A DNA stretch of 64,000 bases, taken from Phoronis australis. Taxonomy: Eukaryota > Animalia > Phoronida. How positions within the stretch are numbered: position 1 is the first letter of the stretch; the number at the start of each line of letters is the position of its first letter. Location of the stretch: contig NMRA01000574.1 of NCBI GenBank assembly GCA_002633005.1, forward strand, positions 155,030 to 219,029, read 5' to 3'. The notes beneath the pieces are model-generated. The model saw nothing but the letters and a program-made list of their open reading frames with translations. It was not told the origin of the DNA and searched no databases. This document shows positions 62,725-64,000 of the stretch, piece after piece. A program made the translations under genes and the position numbers.

Positions 62725-64000
62725 TCAGTGTGGATGTCATTTAGCCAGGCATTTGATGGGACGGTGGCATCATTACTGGCAGTCATTTCCTTTCATTTGA
62801 GCTGGTTGCTTTTGGATCTTAGTTTGTGCATATTTTACTCATAGGGGGCGCTTCTCTTTTAGGCTTATCTCTGTTGTTGCTAGACTGTAGCGCTGGCTGT
62901 TGTTTTTCTTGCAGTCGTCTCCTTTCATTTTCTTAGCAGGTGGCTCTTTGTTGATCTTAGGTTGCTCTTTTCTCTCTGTCTTGTAAGGTTGTTCCCTGTT
63001 TTTACAAGCTTGACCTGGATGGCAGGAACTGCTACATTCTGGGGAGATTGCTCTCCAATCACAGAAGCAGTTGATGATGGCCCCTCACTCTCATGGGATG
63101 ATGTCTCCTGATTAGCTGGTGATGGTCCTGAACTGGCAAGCCGTGGCGTGCTACAACTCTGAAAAGATTGCTATTCACCACAGAAGGAGGCGATGATGGC
63201 CTCTTCACTATCACAGGATGATTTTGACTCCTGTGTAGCCGATGGTATTGGAGGTTTTTGTTACTTGATGGTGTCATGTGCAGGTAATTCCTCTTCATCC
63301 AAAACAGCTGGCCCAGCACCTTGAAAAGGGCTACCCTTGGGGCTTGATCCCATTGACCACTTAATAAGGCAGTTCATTTGTTGTTGTGCTCCAAGTTGTG
63401 TTCATTTTGTACATGTTTCTGAGCAGGTACATAGACCAAGGAAACAATAGTTTCTGTAAATCAACTCCTTCCTCAGCCTTCATTTTTTCCAGCTTCTCTT
63501 GTACCACACGTCTTCCACTCTCCACTACTCCTTGAGATTGTGAATGATTTGGTCGGCCACTAGCAAATTATACGTCTGCTCTCAATTGTTTGAGAAGTGA
63601 CTTCAGGAAGTTGTTGACGAACTTTTGTCCATTATCTGAATAGAAAATGCGTGGGTGACCCGTGTACAGCAGAAATCTCTCCTGCAGCTTGACTGCTGCT
63701 TCATCTGCCTTTTTGGACGGCAATGGAAAAAGTATGTGGAATTTAAAGAAGACATTCGCAACATGACTGATGTAATCATATTTACCATCGTGCAACTGTC
63801 TCATGTCAGTCAAGTCGATCTGAATACAGTGAAGAAACTCCTTAAAGATGGGTTTTCAAGGGTGGACGTTCTTTCCCTTTCTTGTAGGTAGGACAGGTCA
63901 CGCAGAAGGTCTGCACATATGTCTGTGGAATTCCCCAGAATTGCCAGACGACGATGTCATTCACCTTTTTTGTAACCGGCATGACCCCCGTCTACCCTAT
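62725..64000 (-). mobile_element. Ginger/KRBA2-like unit: H2C2, rve integrase, linker and Ulp1 stub; continues past the right edge
   Basis: GHAGYKK...CVTC, QIDLTDM, FYSDNGQKFVN, GRPNHSQSQGVVE; contains stops and frameshifts. Confidence 0.85.

Overview
Animal (invertebrate-like) genomic window, AT-rich, with assembly gaps at 49923-50100 and 60605-60711. It has three parts. (1) 898-33163, minus strand: a multi-exon TDRD12-like piRNA-pathway gene. I traced 33 phase-compatible GT-AG exons totalling 6491 nt. The domain order is Tudor, long low-complexity/polyQ linker, degenerate DEAD-box helicase, CCCH finger, Tudor, Tudor, then about 5-6 armadillo repeats. The start exon was not found and the gene continues past the left edge. 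Its introns hold MITEs, a foldback element, minisatellites and a SINE head. (2) 38313-44387, plus strand: a complete 5-exon MPHOSPH6/MPP6 gene (159 aa), head-to-head with TDRD12. (3) About 45.8-64 kb: a dense nest of broken mobile elements (DUF3987-like ATPase, Ginger/KRBA2-like integrase plus Ulp1 protease units, ISL2EU/Harbinger, two Gypsy, CACTA, two BEL/Pao, Copia). Every recognisable coding remnant in this block lies on the minus strand, the pattern expected of a flamenco-like uni-strand piRNA cluster. All family assignments come from manual motif recognition, not database searches.
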